64,000 bases of DNA, from positions 96,001 to 160,000 of the forward strand of contig CBDBHR010000024.1 of assembly GCA_965205865.1 (NCBI GenBank), in the 5' to 3' direction. This stretch comes from a bacterium. Lineage in GTDB: Bacteria > SAR324 > NAC60-12. The notes below the pieces were generated by a model. It had not been told where the DNA came from, did no database searches, and saw nothing but the letters and a program-made list of their open reading frames with translations. Position numbers and translations under genes: made by a program. Shown in pieces: positions 50,236-61,798 of the stretch (its first letter is position 1; each line of letters opens with the position of its first letter).

Positions 50236-53200
50236 TTACCATGTGTCAACATAGGGCCTCTTTTTACCAGTGCGGGGTGGAGGGGAAGGGACACTCCGCA
50301 ACCCGGCCATGATCCAACGCCGAGAGTCTGCGGGATCAATGACATCATCAATTCCGAAATAGCTGGCGGCGTGTAAAGCTTTCGCATTTTCATAGCTTTC
50401 GGCGACCATAGCGTCGTATTGGATTCGTCGCTCTTCCGGATCCTCGATCGCGGCTAATTCCTTGCGATAGGCCAATTTGATTGCACCTTCGATATTCATC
50501 CCAGCAAATTCCGCGGTGGGCCAGGCTGCTGTGAAGAATGGAACTAAGGAGCTTCCTCCACACATCGCCTGGACCCCTAACCCATAGCCTTTCCTTAAGA
50601 CTAATCCGAACAGAGGAACGGAAAGGTTGGCCCCTGTATTAAAGAGTCGAGCGCTGTGTCGAACCAAGGCGGTGGCCTCCACCTCAGGGCCGACCATAAT
50701 GCCGGGGCAGTCCATCAAACTCACTACGGGAAGATCAAAAGCATCACAAAGCTGTAGAAACCGTGCTCCTTTATCCGCTCCGTCACTATCGATTGCTCCG
50801 GCCAGGTGGTGGGGATTATTGGCAATCAACCCGAAAGGATGGCCTTCGATTCGAATCAACGCAGTGATAATCCCAATCCCGAAATCTTTACGGATCTCCA
50901 GCACCGAATCGCGATCGGCCAAAGTCTCAATGATATCCCGCACATTGTACATTCTGACCCGGTTCTCGGGAATAATCTGCCGCAAAATCCTTTGATCCGG
51001 AGATTCCCAGTCTGTGATGGGTCCTTGAAAGTAGGAAAGGTACTTTTTCGCTGTGGCCACCGCAGCTTCCTCATCTTTAACCAGGATATCAACGACACCG
51101 TTCGGAACCTGGAAGGACATGGGGCCAACCTCTTCAGGCGTATAGATGCCGAGCCCTCCTCCTTCAATCATGGCAGGCCCCCCCATAGCTATTGTTGAAT
51201 TAGCAGTGGCAATGATGACATCACAGCATGCCAAGAGAGCGGTATTTCCTGCAAAACAGCGTCCTGAGTTGACCCCAACCAGCGGTACGAGCCCGCTGAG
51301 TTTAGAGAACTGAGTGAAGGTGTAAACATCCATGCCCACAGGGGACGCGCCATCGGTATCTCCAGGTCGTCCCCCTCCTCCCTCTGTGAAAACGACTATT
51401 GGTAATTGATAACGATCTGCCAGTTGAAACATGCGATCTTTTTTATAATGATTTCGCATCCCTTGGGTCCCTGCCAAAACGGTGTAATCATAGGCAATGG
51501 CTATACACCGCGCATCCTCTCCTTCAAACAGTTCCCCATTGACCGTTCCGACACCCGCTAATAAACCATCGGCGGGAGTGTATTTGCGAAGCCACTCTTC
51601 ATCTCGTCGGGATCGTTGCGCTGCGACGGCTAAAGCTCCATACTCGAAGAAAGTGTCAGGGTCACAAAGATCGGCGATATTTTCTCGGGCTGTCCGTTGC
51701 CCGGTTTTTCGGCGCCGGGCCACCGCCTCAGGCCGGTTTTCGTCTGAAGTGCAGGCATGTCGTTGGTAGGTCTCCTCCAAGTCAGGCCGGATATAATCCA
51801 AGTCAATGGTATTGGCAAGCTCATCTACATCGGTTTGGCCTTCACTGGTTTCAATAAAAAATAGAGGATACCCCTCACGGATGACATCCCCAACCGCCAG
51901 GGTAACGCGCCGGATGGTCCCACTGTGATCGGCTGAAATGACATGTTCCATTTTCATCGCTTCCAAGACGGCCAGTGGTTGGCCCCGGTTGATGCGGTCC
52001 CCTTCAGCAACCATCACACTGACGATCGTCCCTTGAATGGGGACAGGGAGGCCGATGGTCCCGTCGGGTCCGGCCCTTTCAGCTTCTGAAGCTGACTCGC
52101 TTTGTGCTCTTTTAATGGCCTGGTCATGTGAGAAAAGAGCCAGGGGATCCAGTGTATCAATCCGGGCGCCTGCCATGCCAGCTGAGCGGATATCCGGTTG
52201 CTCACTCAACGGGGGTTGGGTGGTGCTGAAGTAGCGGGATTGGGGGATTGGATCAATTTGAGTGAGCCTCGTCAGGTTTTCTTCAACAAATCGGGTATGC
52301 ACTTGCCAGGAAGCCACATCGGGATGCTGCAGCAGGTTTTGTAAAAAGGGAATCGAGGTGGCGATTCCTTCAATGCGAAACTCATTGAGCGCCCGTGTTG
52401 TTCTTGAGAGCCCCCTGGCAAAATCCGTTGAGGGGGTGTGGACGATTAATTTGGCCAGCAACGAGTCGAAGGCGGGATTCGTTTCATATCCGCTATAGCC
52501 GAATCCATCCGTCCGCACTCCAGTACCTCCGGGCACCTCATAAGCAGAAAGGGTCCCCCCTGCCGGACGAATGCTACCATCAGCAGTCAAGGTCTCCATG
52601 TTAATCCGGGTTTGAATGGCATAACCTCGAGGTTTGTCGATGTCCGGTGTCTCTAATCCAAGGGCGTGCAGAGATTCTCCCGCGGCGAGGCAAATTTGCG
52701 TCTGAACCAGGTCAACTCCTGTGACTGCTTCCGTCACGGTGTGTTCAACTTGTAAACGGGCGTTGGCTTCTATAAAAGCAAAGGGCAGATCTTCTGCTCC
52801 GGGATTCATCTTGACTAAAAATTCAATGGTACCGAGATTGGTGTAGGAAACGCTCTTGGCCAATCGCATGGCGGCATCAATAATATCTGAGCGCAGCTTT
52901 TCCGGCAGGTTGGGAGCTGGGGCGATCTCAACCATTTTTTGATAGCGCCGCTGAAGACTACAATCACGCTCACCCAGGTTCATCACGGTTCCGTTTAAAT
53001 CTCCAAGAATTTGAACTTCAATGTGCCGGGCAGGATAGATCAGCTCTTCAACATAGAGATCACTATTACCAAAGGCACTGAGCGCCTCAGACTGGCATCT
53101 TTGATAGGCGGCATCGATCTCGTCAATCCGGGTTATGGCTCGAGCGCCCCGGCCTCCCCCTCCTGCGACCGCTTTAATCATCATACCGCTGCCCGGATCG

Positions 53201-53649
53201 AGGGAGGCAAAAAAATCTTGTGCTTCGTCTACAGAGACGGCCTGGTTGATGCCTCGTACAATGGGAACGTCCGCTGCCGCTGCCGCTGCTCGTGCCTGTC
53301 CTTTATCACCAAACAATTCCAACAATTCCACTGCCGGACCAATAAAGGTCAGTCCAGCTTCCTGGCAGCGACGGGCAAACATCCCATTTTCCGCTAAAAA
53401 TCCATAACCAGGGTGGATGGCCTCACATTGTGTGTTTTTGGCTGCTTGAATCACACTGTCGATGTCGAGATAAGCGGAGACGCCATGCCCCGCTAAACGG
53501 TGAACTTCATCGGCCATTCGGGTGTGTAATGATCTTGCGTCGTCCTCAGAGTAAATGGCAACTGTGTGTAACCCTAAGTCGGTTGCAGCCCGAGCAATTC
53601 TGATGGCGATTTCTCCACGATTGGCGATGAGGATACGACTGAATTTCAT
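50236..53649 (-). CDS. Single-chain biotin-dependent acyl-CoA carboxylase (BC-BCCP-CT)
   Basis: ANRGEIA, HPGYGFLAE, EAMKM and carboxyltransferase motifs in one polypeptide. Confidence 0.93.
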   Translation of the reverse strand: MKFSRILIANRGEIAIRIARAATDLGLHTVAIYSEDDARSLHTRMADEVHRLAGHGVSAYLDIDSVIQAAKNTQCEAIHPGYGFLAENGMFARRCQEAGLTFIGPAVELLELFGDKGQARAAAAAADVPIVRGINQAVSVDEAQDFFASLDPGSGMMIKAVAGGGGRGARAITRIDEIDAAYQRCQSEALSAFGNSDLYVEELIYPARHIEVQILGDLNGTVMNLGERDCSLQRRYQKMVEIAPAPNLPEKLRSDIIDAAMRLAKSVSYTNLGTIEFLVKMNPGAEDLPFAFIEANARLQVEHTVTEAVTGVDLVQTQICLAAGESLHALGLETPDIDKPRGYAIQTRINMETLTADGSIRPAGGTLSAYEVPGGTGVRTDGFGYSGYETNPAFDSLLAKLIVHTPSTDFARGLSRTTRALNEFRIEGIATSIPFLQNLLQHPDVASWQVHTRFVEENLTRLTQIDPIPQSRYFSTTQPPLSEQPDIRSAGMAGARIDTLDPLALFSHDQAIKRAQSESASEAERAGPDGTIGLPVPIQGTIVSVMVAEGDRINRGQPLAVLEAMKMEHVISADHSGTIRRVTLAVGDVIREGYPLFFIETSEGQTDVDELANTIDLDYIRPDLEETYQRHACTSDENRPEAVARRRKTGQRTARENIADLCDPDTFFEYGALAVAAQRSRRDEEWLRKYTPADGLLAGVGTVNGELFEGEDARCIAIAYDYTVLAGTQGMRNHYKKDRMFQLADRYQLPIVVFTEGGGGRPGDTDGASPVGMDVYTFTQFSKLSGLVPLVGVNSGRCFAGNTALLACCDVIIATANSTIAMGGPAMIEGGGLGIYTPEEVGPMSFQVPNGVVDILVKDEEAAVATAKKYLSYFQGPITDWESPDQRILRQIIPENRVRMYNVRDIIETLADRDSVLEIRKDFGIGIITALIRIEGHPFGLIANNPHHLAGAIDSDGADKGARFLQLCDAFDLPVVSLMDCPGIMVGPEVEATALVRHSARLFNTGANLSVPLFGLVLRKGYGLGVQAMCGGSSLVPFFTAAWPTAEFAGMNIEGAIKLAYRKELAAIEDPEERRIQYDAMVAESYENAKALHAASYFGIDDVIDPADSRRWIMAGLRSVPSPPPRTGKKRPYVDTW

Positions 53650-53660
53650 GGAACTCCTTA

Positions 53661-55262
53661 CTACACACCGATCTTCTCTCGCTTGACCGTGATTCCAGCA
53701 ACTTCACGATCCCAGGTATCGGGAGTGATTCCTGCCTCTTTGAGCAGATTTTTTTGTACTTTCTGGGTGGGGGTTTTCGGCAATACGTCGACAAACCGAA
53801 TGAATCTTGGCAGCATGAAGTGAGCCATACGCGGTTCCAGAAAATGGAAGAGTTCCTTGGGATCGATCTGCTGGTCCGACACCGGAGCCACCACAACCAT
53901 CACTTCGTCCTCGCCAAGCTCACTGGGGACGGGAATCGCCGCAGCTTCACGCACTGTGGCGAAAGCTGTGACCTCGCTTTCTACTTCAAAAGAAGAAATA
54001 TTCTCGCCACGGCGACGAATAGCATCCTTGATTCGATCAACAAAGTAAAAATACCCATTCTCATCATATTTGAAAGCATCGCCCGTATGGAACCAACCGT
54101 TACGCCAGGCTTTAGCGGTTGCTTCAGGATTTTTATAATAGCCATGATTCATCGCCCACGGACGATCGGTTCGTAAGATAAGCTCACCGGTGACCCCAGG
54201 ACCGACCTCGCAATCGTTTTCATCAACGACACGAGCTTCCACACCCTCACGGACTTTCCCGCAAGTACCGCTTCCCGGCGGATAGGGTTCTGACATAATG
54301 GGCAAGGATATTTCTGTCATGTTGAAACCGGTGCGCATTTCGAGACCATATCGGCGCCCTAATGTCATGGCATCCTCATTCCAGGGAATGCAGACGGCTT
54401 TCTTCAAAAAAAGATCATTGTCATGATGGCCTGGTGGTAATTTCAGAAGGAACGGGATCATTGCACCCACCAGGCTGGTCGCAGTGGTTTCATTCTCGCG
54501 AACGGTCTTCCAAAATTCGTTGGTTTTGAAATGAGTGTCTAAAAAACAGGAACTTCCATTGGCCAGTGTGACGATAAATAAAATGGTTCCTCCCACATGG
54601 AACATAGGCGCATTGATTAAAATCCGATCGCTTTCCTCGAAATAATAACCTGACTCCGGCCCCATGGAATAGCCTTGAAGATAAGAAGAAAGCACCGCTT
54701 TGGAGGGGCCAGTGGTGCCTGAAGTGAAGATAATATACTGTGTGTCCCAAGGCTCGACCACTTCCGGCATCTCCGAGAGGCCTTGATCGGAGATGAGAGC
54801 AGATGCTGGATGAGTGTTCAGGTTTGGTAAGAAGGTTTCCCCATTGGTGATGATGACATCCCGTAGCAAGCCTGTATCGATGTCATTTAGACGCGGGGCA
54901 AGATCGGCATGACAAACCATCAATGTGGCATCGGATAATTGCACCACATGTTGCAGAAGTGTGCCTTTATAAGCGGTATTCACCGGCACATAGACAGCCC
55001 CTAAATAATTGAGACCAAACCAAGTGAGGACCGCTTCCCGATTGTTCGGTTGCCAGGAGAGCACATGATCGCCTTTTTTGACACCCATTGCTTGAAGCCC
55101 CTTGGCTGCACGTTGCGTCAGTTCCAGGGTCTGACGCCAGGCCCATGTCTCGCCACCATAGAACATGATTGCGATTTCATCGGGCTTCTGGAGCGCCCAG
55201 CGTTCGATTTGATAACCAAGAACGCAAATTTCACGTGCCGGTATGCGAGGATCATAAGTCAT
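53661..55262 (-). CDS. AMP-forming acyl-CoA ligase (CaiC-like)
   Basis: FTSGTTGPSK, WFHTGD, RRRGENISSFEVE and PKTPTQK motifs. Confidence 0.92.
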   Translation of the reverse strand: MTYDPRIPAREICVLGYQIERWALQKPDEIAIMFYGGETWAWRQTLELTQRAAKGLQAMGVKKGDHVLSWQPNNREAVLTWFGLNYLGAVYVPVNTAYKGTLLQHVVQLSDATLMVCHADLAPRLNDIDTGLLRDVIITNGETFLPNLNTHPASALISDQGLSEMPEVVEPWDTQYIIFTSGTTGPSKAVLSSYLQGYSMGPESGYYFEESDRILINAPMFHVGGTILFIVTLANGSSCFLDTHFKTNEFWKTVRENETTATSLVGAMIPFLLKLPPGHHDNDLFLKKAVCIPWNEDAMTLGRRYGLEMRTGFNMTEISLPIMSEPYPPGSGTCGKVREGVEARVVDENDCEVGPGVTGELILRTDRPWAMNHGYYKNPEATAKAWRNGWFHTGDAFKYDENGYFYFVDRIKDAIRRRGENISSFEVESEVTAFATVREAAAIPVPSELGEDEVMVVVAPVSDQQIDPKELFHFLEPRMAHFMLPRFIRFVDVLPKTPTQKVQKNLLKEAGITPDTWDREVAGITVKREKIGV

Positions 55263-55330
55263 TGAAGTACCTCCTATTCATTGACTGTCCCAGACCAATA
55301 TTTGGGGAGTCGATAGTAAGGCTTTTTGAA

Positions 55331-56851
55331 TTACATTTTCTTCCAATCCGTTCCTTCCTGAAATCCATGAGCGGCACGGTAAATGGTGGATTCTTCAAAA
55401 TGCTTTCCAATCAGCATTAAACTCACTGGGAGACCCTCTGACATCCCACAAGGAATGGCCATTGCCGGGTGGTGAGTGATATCAAAGGGAGAGGTATTGG
55501 TGATCATCTCGGTCGCCCTTTGAAAAGATTCCTCTCGACTGGCATCAGGAGCTGGAATCGGTTGAGACTTAATCGCAGTGGTCGGCATCGCCAGCAAATC
55601 ATACTCATTCAGAACCTTGTCATAGGCAGCTCTCAGCAATCGACTCAGGTTGATGGCTTTTCCATAATAACGGCTACCGTAATACTTTCGTATGTAGGTG
55701 CCAAACATCGTCACCAATTTCACGGTTTCAGACAGTTCATTCGCCCGGTTTCGCCAATTCCTGTGAAAATCCATGAGACTGGTGACGTACAAATCAGGTC
55801 TGCTCACTCCATAGCCATCGCCCCACATCATGGTTTGTGTGGATCCTTCCACAGCAATAGGGAAAGCGATTGCCGGTCCAACGAGATGCAGAGGAATGGA
55901 GACTTCGTCTACCGTTGCCCCTAAAGACTTCAATGCAGCAGCGGCTGCCTGGACTTTTTCATTCACATCTTTTTCTGCATTTTCCTGCAGGTACCCTTCT
56001 TTGACCACGGCAATCTTCAGGCCTTTCAAACCCTCTGTTCCTTGGAGAGCCTCCGTGTATCGCTGTGTTTTCACATTGTATTGCCTGGGATCATATCCAT
56101 CGACACCAGCAATCACTTCCAGCATTAACGCATTGTCTTCAACATTATTGGTCATGGGACCTGTATGGTCGACGGTAACCTCGGCCGACATGATGCCTGT
56201 ATAAGGGACAAGCCCATGGGTAGGCTTCATGCCATATATTCCACAGTAAGAGGCGGGCATTCGAATGGATCCCCCCTGGTCTCCGCCAATCGCGAGATTG
56301 ACCTCTCCTGCCGCAACAAGGGCAGCACTGCCAGAAGAGGATCCTCCTGCCATATATCCCATTTTATGAGGGTTATGCACCGGTCCTTTTGCATTGGTAT
56401 GACTGCCACCAGACATGCATAAATATTCACAGTGGGCTTTTCCGACAATCGTTGCGCCTGCATCCAAAAGCCGTGTGACAACCGTCGCGTCTATGTCAGG
56501 AACATACCCCTCCAAAGTGGAAGCTCCATTCATCATGGGAACACCAGCAAGCATGACGTTATCCTTCAAGACAACGGTTTTTCCCTTAAGTTTTCCCCGA
56601 GAAGCTCCCTTCACTTCACTTTTTACGTACCAGGCATTGTACTGATTTTCTTCATCCCTGGGCTGGTATCCGGGGGTTCGTGGATACTTCACAAGCGGAA
56701 GATTATCAGGCATCGCGTCAACCACGTTGTAAGCATCTACATTCCCCTGAAACAGACCCATATAAGATTCAACATCCGCATCCGTCAAATCCAGACCCAT
56801 TTCATCAGCGAGTTCTCGTATTTGTTGTGGTGTTGGTAATTGTACCGCCAT
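55331..56851 (-). CDS. Amidase (amidase signature family)
   Basis: LKD, GGSSSGS and GGDQGGSIRMP motifs. Confidence 0.93.
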   Translation of the reverse strand: MAVQLPTPQQIRELADEMGLDLTDADVESYMGLFQGNVDAYNVVDAMPDNLPLVKYPRTPGYQPRDEENQYNAWYVKSEVKGASRGKLKGKTVVLKDNVMLAGVPMMNGASTLEGYVPDIDATVVTRLLDAGATIVGKAHCEYLCMSGGSHTNAKGPVHNPHKMGYMAGGSSSGSAALVAAGEVNLAIGGDQGGSIRMPASYCGIYGMKPTHGLVPYTGIMSAEVTVDHTGPMTNNVEDNALMLEVIAGVDGYDPRQYNVKTQRYTEALQGTEGLKGLKIAVVKEGYLQENAEKDVNEKVQAAAAALKSLGATVDEVSIPLHLVGPAIAFPIAVEGSTQTMMWGDGYGVSRPDLYVTSLMDFHRNWRNRANELSETVKLVTMFGTYIRKYYGSRYYGKAINLSRLLRAAYDKVLNEYDLLAMPTTAIKSQPIPAPDASREESFQRATEMITNTSPFDITHHPAMAIPCGMSEGLPVSLMLIGKHFEESTIYRAAHGFQEGTDWKKM

Positions 56852-56936
56852 TTTTTCCTTCTGTTAATATGAAAAGAAAGAAGGTTTACATTTAAACAGG
56901 CCATGAAGAATGATTCATGACAACTCCATTCCTAAA

Positions 56937-57341
56937 CTATCGAGCTACGATCTCTTCCCAACTTTTCTTTCTCCATAAATCGCGGGCATTCTCAAGCTCA
57001 CCCAACAGAATCCCCCGTGTTTTTTCGTCTCCTACGAGAGGGCTCGTTTTGAAGTAGTTTATTAAGCCTGAGACTTTTTTCAGGCAAATATCTTTCCCTT
57101 TATTCTTCAACTTCAGGATCTTTGTCGGGTCAGGAGAAGCCCGGTTTAACTCATCTATCTTTTTTTCAAATTCGACCGTCCAACTTTGGGGTGCTTTTTG
57201 GGTGTTAATGATTAATTCAGCGGCTTTGTTCCTTCCCCCTATAGATCTTTGAATGATGAAATTCATCCACCACATACCAGCTCGAGCAAGCAAAACAATA
57301 ACCGCAACAAAGATTATGAAGATCAAAGAGAGTTTTAACAT
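56937..57341 (-). CDS. Hypothetical membrane-anchored protein
   Basis: N-terminal TM helix; directly follows the ABC operon. Confidence 0.6.
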   Translation of the reverse strand: MLKLSLIFIIFVAVIVLLARAGMWWMNFIIQRSIGGRNKAAELIINTQKAPQSWTVEFEKKIDELNRASPDPTKILKLKNKGKDICLKKVSGLINYFKTSPLVGDEKTRGILLGELENARDLWRKKSWEEIVAR

Positions 57342-57345
57342 GTCC

Positions 57346-58362
57346 CTAGATGGCCCCTTTCAGTTTGAGTTCCTTGCCAAAATGACAACGTGCATAATGT
57401 CCCTCCTCCATCTCCTCCAGAGGAGGTTCCTCAGTCTTACATACATCTTGCATATATCTACATCTGGGGTGGAAGCTGCATCCTGGAGGTGGATTGACTG
57501 GGGATGCTACCTCGCCACTCAGTATGATTCGCTCAGACTTAAGCCTCGGGTCTGCCTTTGGGGCAGAAGACATCAACGCTTCCGTATATGGATGTTTTGG
57601 ACTCAAAAAGAGTTTCTCTGTCTCCGCCATCTCTACAATCTTCCCCACATACATAACAGCGACTCTGTCGCTGATGTGCTCCACCACACCTAAGTCGTGG
57701 GCAATGAAGAGATAGGTCAGGTGAAATTCTTCTTGTAAATCCTTTAACAGGTTCAATACCTGTGCTTGCACAGAGACGTCCAATGCGGATACAGCTTCAT
57801 CGGCTATGATGAGTTTTGGATGCAGTGCCAGAGCTCTTGCGATACCGACACGCTGTCTTTGTCCTCCACTGAGCGCATGTGGATAGCGTTTCAGATACTG
57901 GACATTCAGTCCGACCACACGGAGGAGTTCCTTGACTCTGTCCTCCAACTCTCTGCCTTTGGCCATCTTGTGCACAAGAAGGGGTTCTCCTACGATGTCC
58001 AATATTGTCATTCGTGGGTTTAGAGAGGAATAGGGGTCCTGGAAGATCACCTGCATATCTCTTCTTAGAATTTTAAGCTCTTTTTCTTCGACCCCAGCGA
58101 CATCAACGACCTCACCGTTGTGTCGAAGAAACATCTCTCCAGCAGTCGGACTAACGGCTCTTAGAATCACTTTCCCCGTCGTGGTCTTTCCACATCCACT
58201 TTCTCCGACCAAGCCGAGAGTTTCCCCTTCACGGATGTAGAAATCGACTCCATCAACAGCTTTTACATATCCAACCGTTCTCTTCAAGAATCCCTTAGTA
58301 ATAGGAAAATACTTCTTAAGCCCTTTAACTTCGAGAAGAATATCGTTATCAGGCACCATCAT
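57346..58362 (-). CDS. Oligopeptide-type ABC ATPase (OppF/DppF)
   Basis: [16 protein letters not shown] and HPYT motifs. Confidence 0.95.
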   Translation of the reverse strand: MMVPDNDILLEVKGLKKYFPITKGFLKRTVGYVKAVDGVDFYIREGETLGLVGESGCGKTTTGKVILRAVSPTAGEMFLRHNGEVVDVAGVEEKELKILRRDMQVIFQDPYSSLNPRMTILDIVGEPLLVHKMAKGRELEDRVKELLRVVGLNVQYLKRYPHALSGGQRQRVGIARALALHPKLIIADEAVSALDVSVQAQVLNLLKDLQEEFHLTYLFIAHDLGVVEHISDRVAVMYVGKIVEMAETEKLFLSPKHPYTEALMSSAPKADPRLKSERIILSGEVASPVNPPPGCSFHPRCRYMQDVCKTEEPPLEEMEEGHYARCHFGKELKLKGAI

Positions 58363-59414
58363 TCCTCCTTATTCTTATGGTAGAGAAAACATGCGACCTT
58401 GTGACCCTTTGCCATCTCAACTAAAGCAGGAGGTTTATCCTCATCGCACACACCGGGCAGACCCTCAGGACAACGAGGGAAAAACGGGCACCCTTTAAGA
58501 ACAGCAAAGGGGTCTGGAACTCCACCCTTAATAGATTCAAGACGGACACTCACCTTCTCTACCTTGGGGATAGATTTGAGAAGCGCTCTGGTATAGGGGT
58601 GCTTTGGGTCATGGAAGATACGGTCTACATCGGTGTGTTCTACTGCCTTTCCCAAATACATAACAATGACATCATCCGCCATCTCCGCGATCACCCCAAG
58701 ATCATGAGTGATCATCATAATGGACATCCCAAATTCCTTCTTCAAGTCGTTCATCAGCTCAAGAATCTGTGCCTGGACGGTTACATCCAAGGCTGTGGTA
58801 GGCTCATCTGCTATCAGGAGACTCGGATTGCATGAAAGAGCCATTGCTATCATCGCTCTCTGTCTCATACCACCACTGAGTTGATGGGGATATTCGTCTA
58901 CTCTCATCTGTGGAAGAGAGATCCCAACCCGATCCAGCATCTCTATGGCATGTTCCCTGGCTGCCTTCTTGCTCAGATTCTGATGCAGTAGTATCGCTTC
59001 AATGATCTGGTTTCCAACGGTGTGGACAGGACTGAAGGCTGTCATAGGTTCCTGGAAGATCATAGAGATCTCTTTTCCTCTGATCCTTCTGATCTCGCTT
59101 CCCTGTGGATCCAATTTCGTTAGATCTGTTACTTTCCTTTCATTCCCATTTGTATTCTGATGCAGAATGATCTCCCCTTGAATAATCCTCCCGGGTTGGG
59201 GGACTATTTGCAGGATAGACTGGGCGGTGACACTTTTTCCACAACCACTTTCTCCGACGACACCCAGGGTCTTTTCTTTGTCTATGCTAAAGCTGACGCC
59301 ATCTACGGATTTTACAGTCCCCTCATCCAAATAGAAGTATGTCTTAATGTCCTTCAATTCCAAAAGCGTGGTCAATCTAACACCTCCTTTATTTATAAGG
59401 GTCCGCCGCGTCAC
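58359..59414 (-). CDS. Oligopeptide-type ABC ATPase (OppD/DppD)
   Basis: [16 protein letters not shown] and DEPTTALD motifs; true start probably ~59375. Confidence 0.95.
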   Translation of the reverse strand: MTRRTLINKGGVRLTTLLELKDIKTYFYLDEGTVKSVDGVSFSIDKEKTLGVVGESGCGKSVTAQSILQIVPQPGRIIQGEIILHQNTNGNERKVTDLTKLDPQGSEIRRIRGKEISMIFQEPMTAFSPVHTVGNQIIEAILLHQNLSKKAAREHAIEMLDRVGISLPQMRVDEYPHQLSGGMRQRAMIAMALSCNPSLLIADEPTTALDVTVQAQILELMNDLKKEFGMSIMMITHDLGVIAEMADDVIVMYLGKAVEHTDVDRIFHDPKHPYTRALLKSIPKVEKVSVRLESIKGGVPDPFAVLKGCPFFPRCPEGLPGVCDEDKPPALVEMAKGHKVACFLYHKNKEE

Positions 59415-60522
59415 GCAGGCCGTCTCCTAAAAAATTAAAGCACAGTGCGGTGACAATAACGAGAAGCCCGGGAATGAGAATCCAGGGATAGAGACCTATG
59501 ACACCTGTGCTCTGCGCATCTTTCAAGAGGGCCCCCCAGCTAACTGCCGGGGGCTGAATTCCTAAGCCAAGAAAGCTTAATGACGTCTCAGCTATGATCA
59601 TTTCGGGTATCGCTATGGTCAGGTGCACTATCAGGTAGGTCATCACTGAAGGAAGAAGATGCCTAAAAATTATTCTCATATGACTTGCACCAGAGAGTCG
59701 AGCCGCCAGGACAAAATCCTCCTCCCTCAATTCTAGTAGTTGTCCTCTCACCACTCTGGCTATGCCAGTCCAACCAACGATAGAGAGGACAATGGTAATC
59801 CCGAAATAAATCCTGATCATCGACCAATCTGTGGGCAGAGCTACCGCCAATGCCATCCATAGGGGGATTCTGGGGATTGATGTTAAAAATTCTATGAGCC
59901 TTTGGATAATCATATCAGGAGCTCCTCCGAAATAACCGGAGATCCCCCCCAATATACTTCCTAGAAAAAGGCTTAAGAACACCCCTACCAAGCCTATAGA
60001 TAAAGAAATTCGTGATCCATTGAGAACACGGGAGAATACATCTCTTCCCAATTTATCTGATCCGAATAAAAAAACCGTTCCCTCAGGCTCCTTTACTCCA
60101 AAAAAATGAATATCTGATTTAAACAAGTTCCAAAATTTATACTCATCACCAGGGACGAAAAAATAGATAGGAAACTTTCGGGTTTTATCTTCTTTGTATA
60201 GTCTGCGCATTGTTTTAAAATCGATTGTTAATTCTTGCTTATATACAAAGGGACGAAAATGGAACTTTCCCTGATCATCGAAAAAATGAATCCTTTGCGG
60301 CGGACTATAGGTAAATTCCGTACGGGAATGCATATGATAAGGAGCAAAAAAATCGCAGAATACCGCTAAAAGATAAAAAACACCTAACAAAATGCCACTC
60401 GCTATAGCGAGCTTATGTTTCCTGAACTTAAGCCACAACAACTGCCACTGTGAAGCAAAATAAATCTTTTCTGCTTCTCTGACACTAACATCATCAACTT
60501 TTTCTTTCTCATTGATCATCAT
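59389..60522 (-). CDS. ABC permease (OppC/DppC)
   Basis: GSDKLGRDVFSR, ETSLSFLGLG and [10 protein letters not shown] motifs. Confidence 0.95.
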   Translation of the reverse strand: MMINEKEKVDDVSVREAEKIYFASQWQLLWLKFRKHKLAIASGILLGVFYLLAVFCDFFAPYHMHSRTEFTYSPPQRIHFFDDQGKFHFRPFVYKQELTIDFKTMRRLYKEDKTRKFPIYFFVPGDEYKFWNLFKSDIHFFGVKEPEGTVFLFGSDKLGRDVFSRVLNGSRISLSIGLVGVFLSLFLGSILGGISGYFGGAPDMIIQRLIEFLTSIPRIPLWMALAVALPTDWSMIRIYFGITIVLSIVGWTGIARVVRGQLLELREEDFVLAARLSGASHMRIIFRHLLPSVMTYLIVHLTIAIPEMIIAETSLSFLGLGIQPPAVSWGALLKDAQSTGVIGLYPWILIPGLLVIVTALCFNFLGDGLRDAADPYK

Positions 60523-60575
60523 GAACCGCTTCCAAATTTATACATTCAGGTTTCACTTATGAGAGGAGTCGGCTT

Positions 60576-61574
60576 TTAGCCACCACTTATCTTTTCAAAG
60601 CGAATACGGGGGTCCAGCCAAACAAGCAGTAAATCGGAAACAAAAACGCCTACCACAGTTAAAGCGGATAGCAACATCATGATGCTCCCGGCTAAATACA
60701 TATCCTGGCTTAGTAACGCGTGTAGAAAAAGAGGTCCCGTCGTGGGGAGGTTTAATGTTACAGCAACGATAATTTCTCCAGAGAGGATGAGGGGAAAAAC
60801 CCAACCTATGCAGCTTACTATGGGATTTAATGCTATTCTTACCGGATACTTAAATAAAAGAGTCCCTTCCGAGAGCCCTTTGGCCCGGGCGGTAATGACA
60901 TATTGCTTTTGAAGTTCATCCAAAAGGCATCCTCTCATAATCCTGATAAGAAAGGCTAACCCGGCAGCACCGATCGTTATTACCGGAACCCACAAATGAT
61001 TAACCAGATCTAAAACCTTGCCTGGGCTCCAGGGAGCGTGTACATATTCAGATGAGAAAAGACCTCCTACATTTAGTCCGAAAAATCTGTTGAAAAAGAA
61101 CATTAAAATAAGTGCCAAAAGGAAAGGAGGTGTAGCCACACCAACGAAACCAACGGCTGTAAAGGAATAGTCACCAAATGAGTACTGGTGGGTGGCAGAA
61201 TAAATCCCGATAGGTATCGCTACAATATATGTCAGGAAGAGCGTAAAAAGAGATATCGATACTGTCAGTCCTAATCGTTCACCTATCAACTCAATCACTG
61301 GCTTATTATGTGAAAAGGACATGCCGAAATCCCCTTGAAACATATTCCCCATCCACTTGAAATATTGAAGATAGATTGGCGAATCCAGTCCATATTGCTT
61401 GATTAGAGCAGCTTTTTGAGCGTCATCAACAGGCGCTCCCGTCATCTCTAAAGTCGCTATGTAAGATGATAAAAAATCACCTGGTGGAAGCTGGATGATG
61501 ATGAAACCAACAACAGAAACCACTAATAAAATCAGGATCATAAATAAAAACCGCTGAATATAATAATGCAACAT
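60576..61574 (-). CDS. ABC permease (OppB/DppB)
   Basis: LPPGD, YVITARAKGL and LDPRIR motifs. Confidence 0.95.
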   Translation of the reverse strand: MLHYYIQRFLFMILILLVVSVVGFIIIQLPPGDFLSSYIATLEMTGAPVDDAQKAALIKQYGLDSPIYLQYFKWMGNMFQGDFGMSFSHNKPVIELIGERLGLTVSISLFTLFLTYIVAIPIGIYSATHQYSFGDYSFTAVGFVGVATPPFLLALILMFFFNRFFGLNVGGLFSSEYVHAPWSPGKVLDLVNHLWVPVITIGAAGLAFLIRIMRGCLLDELQKQYVITARAKGLSEGTLLFKYPVRIALNPIVSCIGWVFPLILSGEIIVAVTLNLPTTGPLFLHALLSQDMYLAGSIMMLLSALTVVGVFVSDLLLVWLDPRIRFEKISGG

Positions 61575-61638
61575 TTTTTATAATCCTCTTTAGGAATTGT
61601 CCCTTAATAACATCCTTAAATCCCTATACCCAAAACAG

Positions 61639-61683
61639 AGAGGCGGCTCTCACTCCCAATCTAACGGTGTGAGAACCGCCTCT
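61639..61683. terminator. Intergenic hairpin between binding-protein and permease genes
   Basis: AGAGGCGGCTCTCAC...GTGAGAACCGCCTCT, followed by a T-rich stretch on the minus strand. Confidence 0.5.
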
Positions 61684-61798
61684 GCGGAATTCAGGACAGC
61701 TTGACGCCTTTTGAAAAGTGATACACGAGTTGTGCACACTATATCTCAATAAGCTGGACGCCTGCCCTACAGGCTTTTTTGGATAGGCTCTTATCCCA

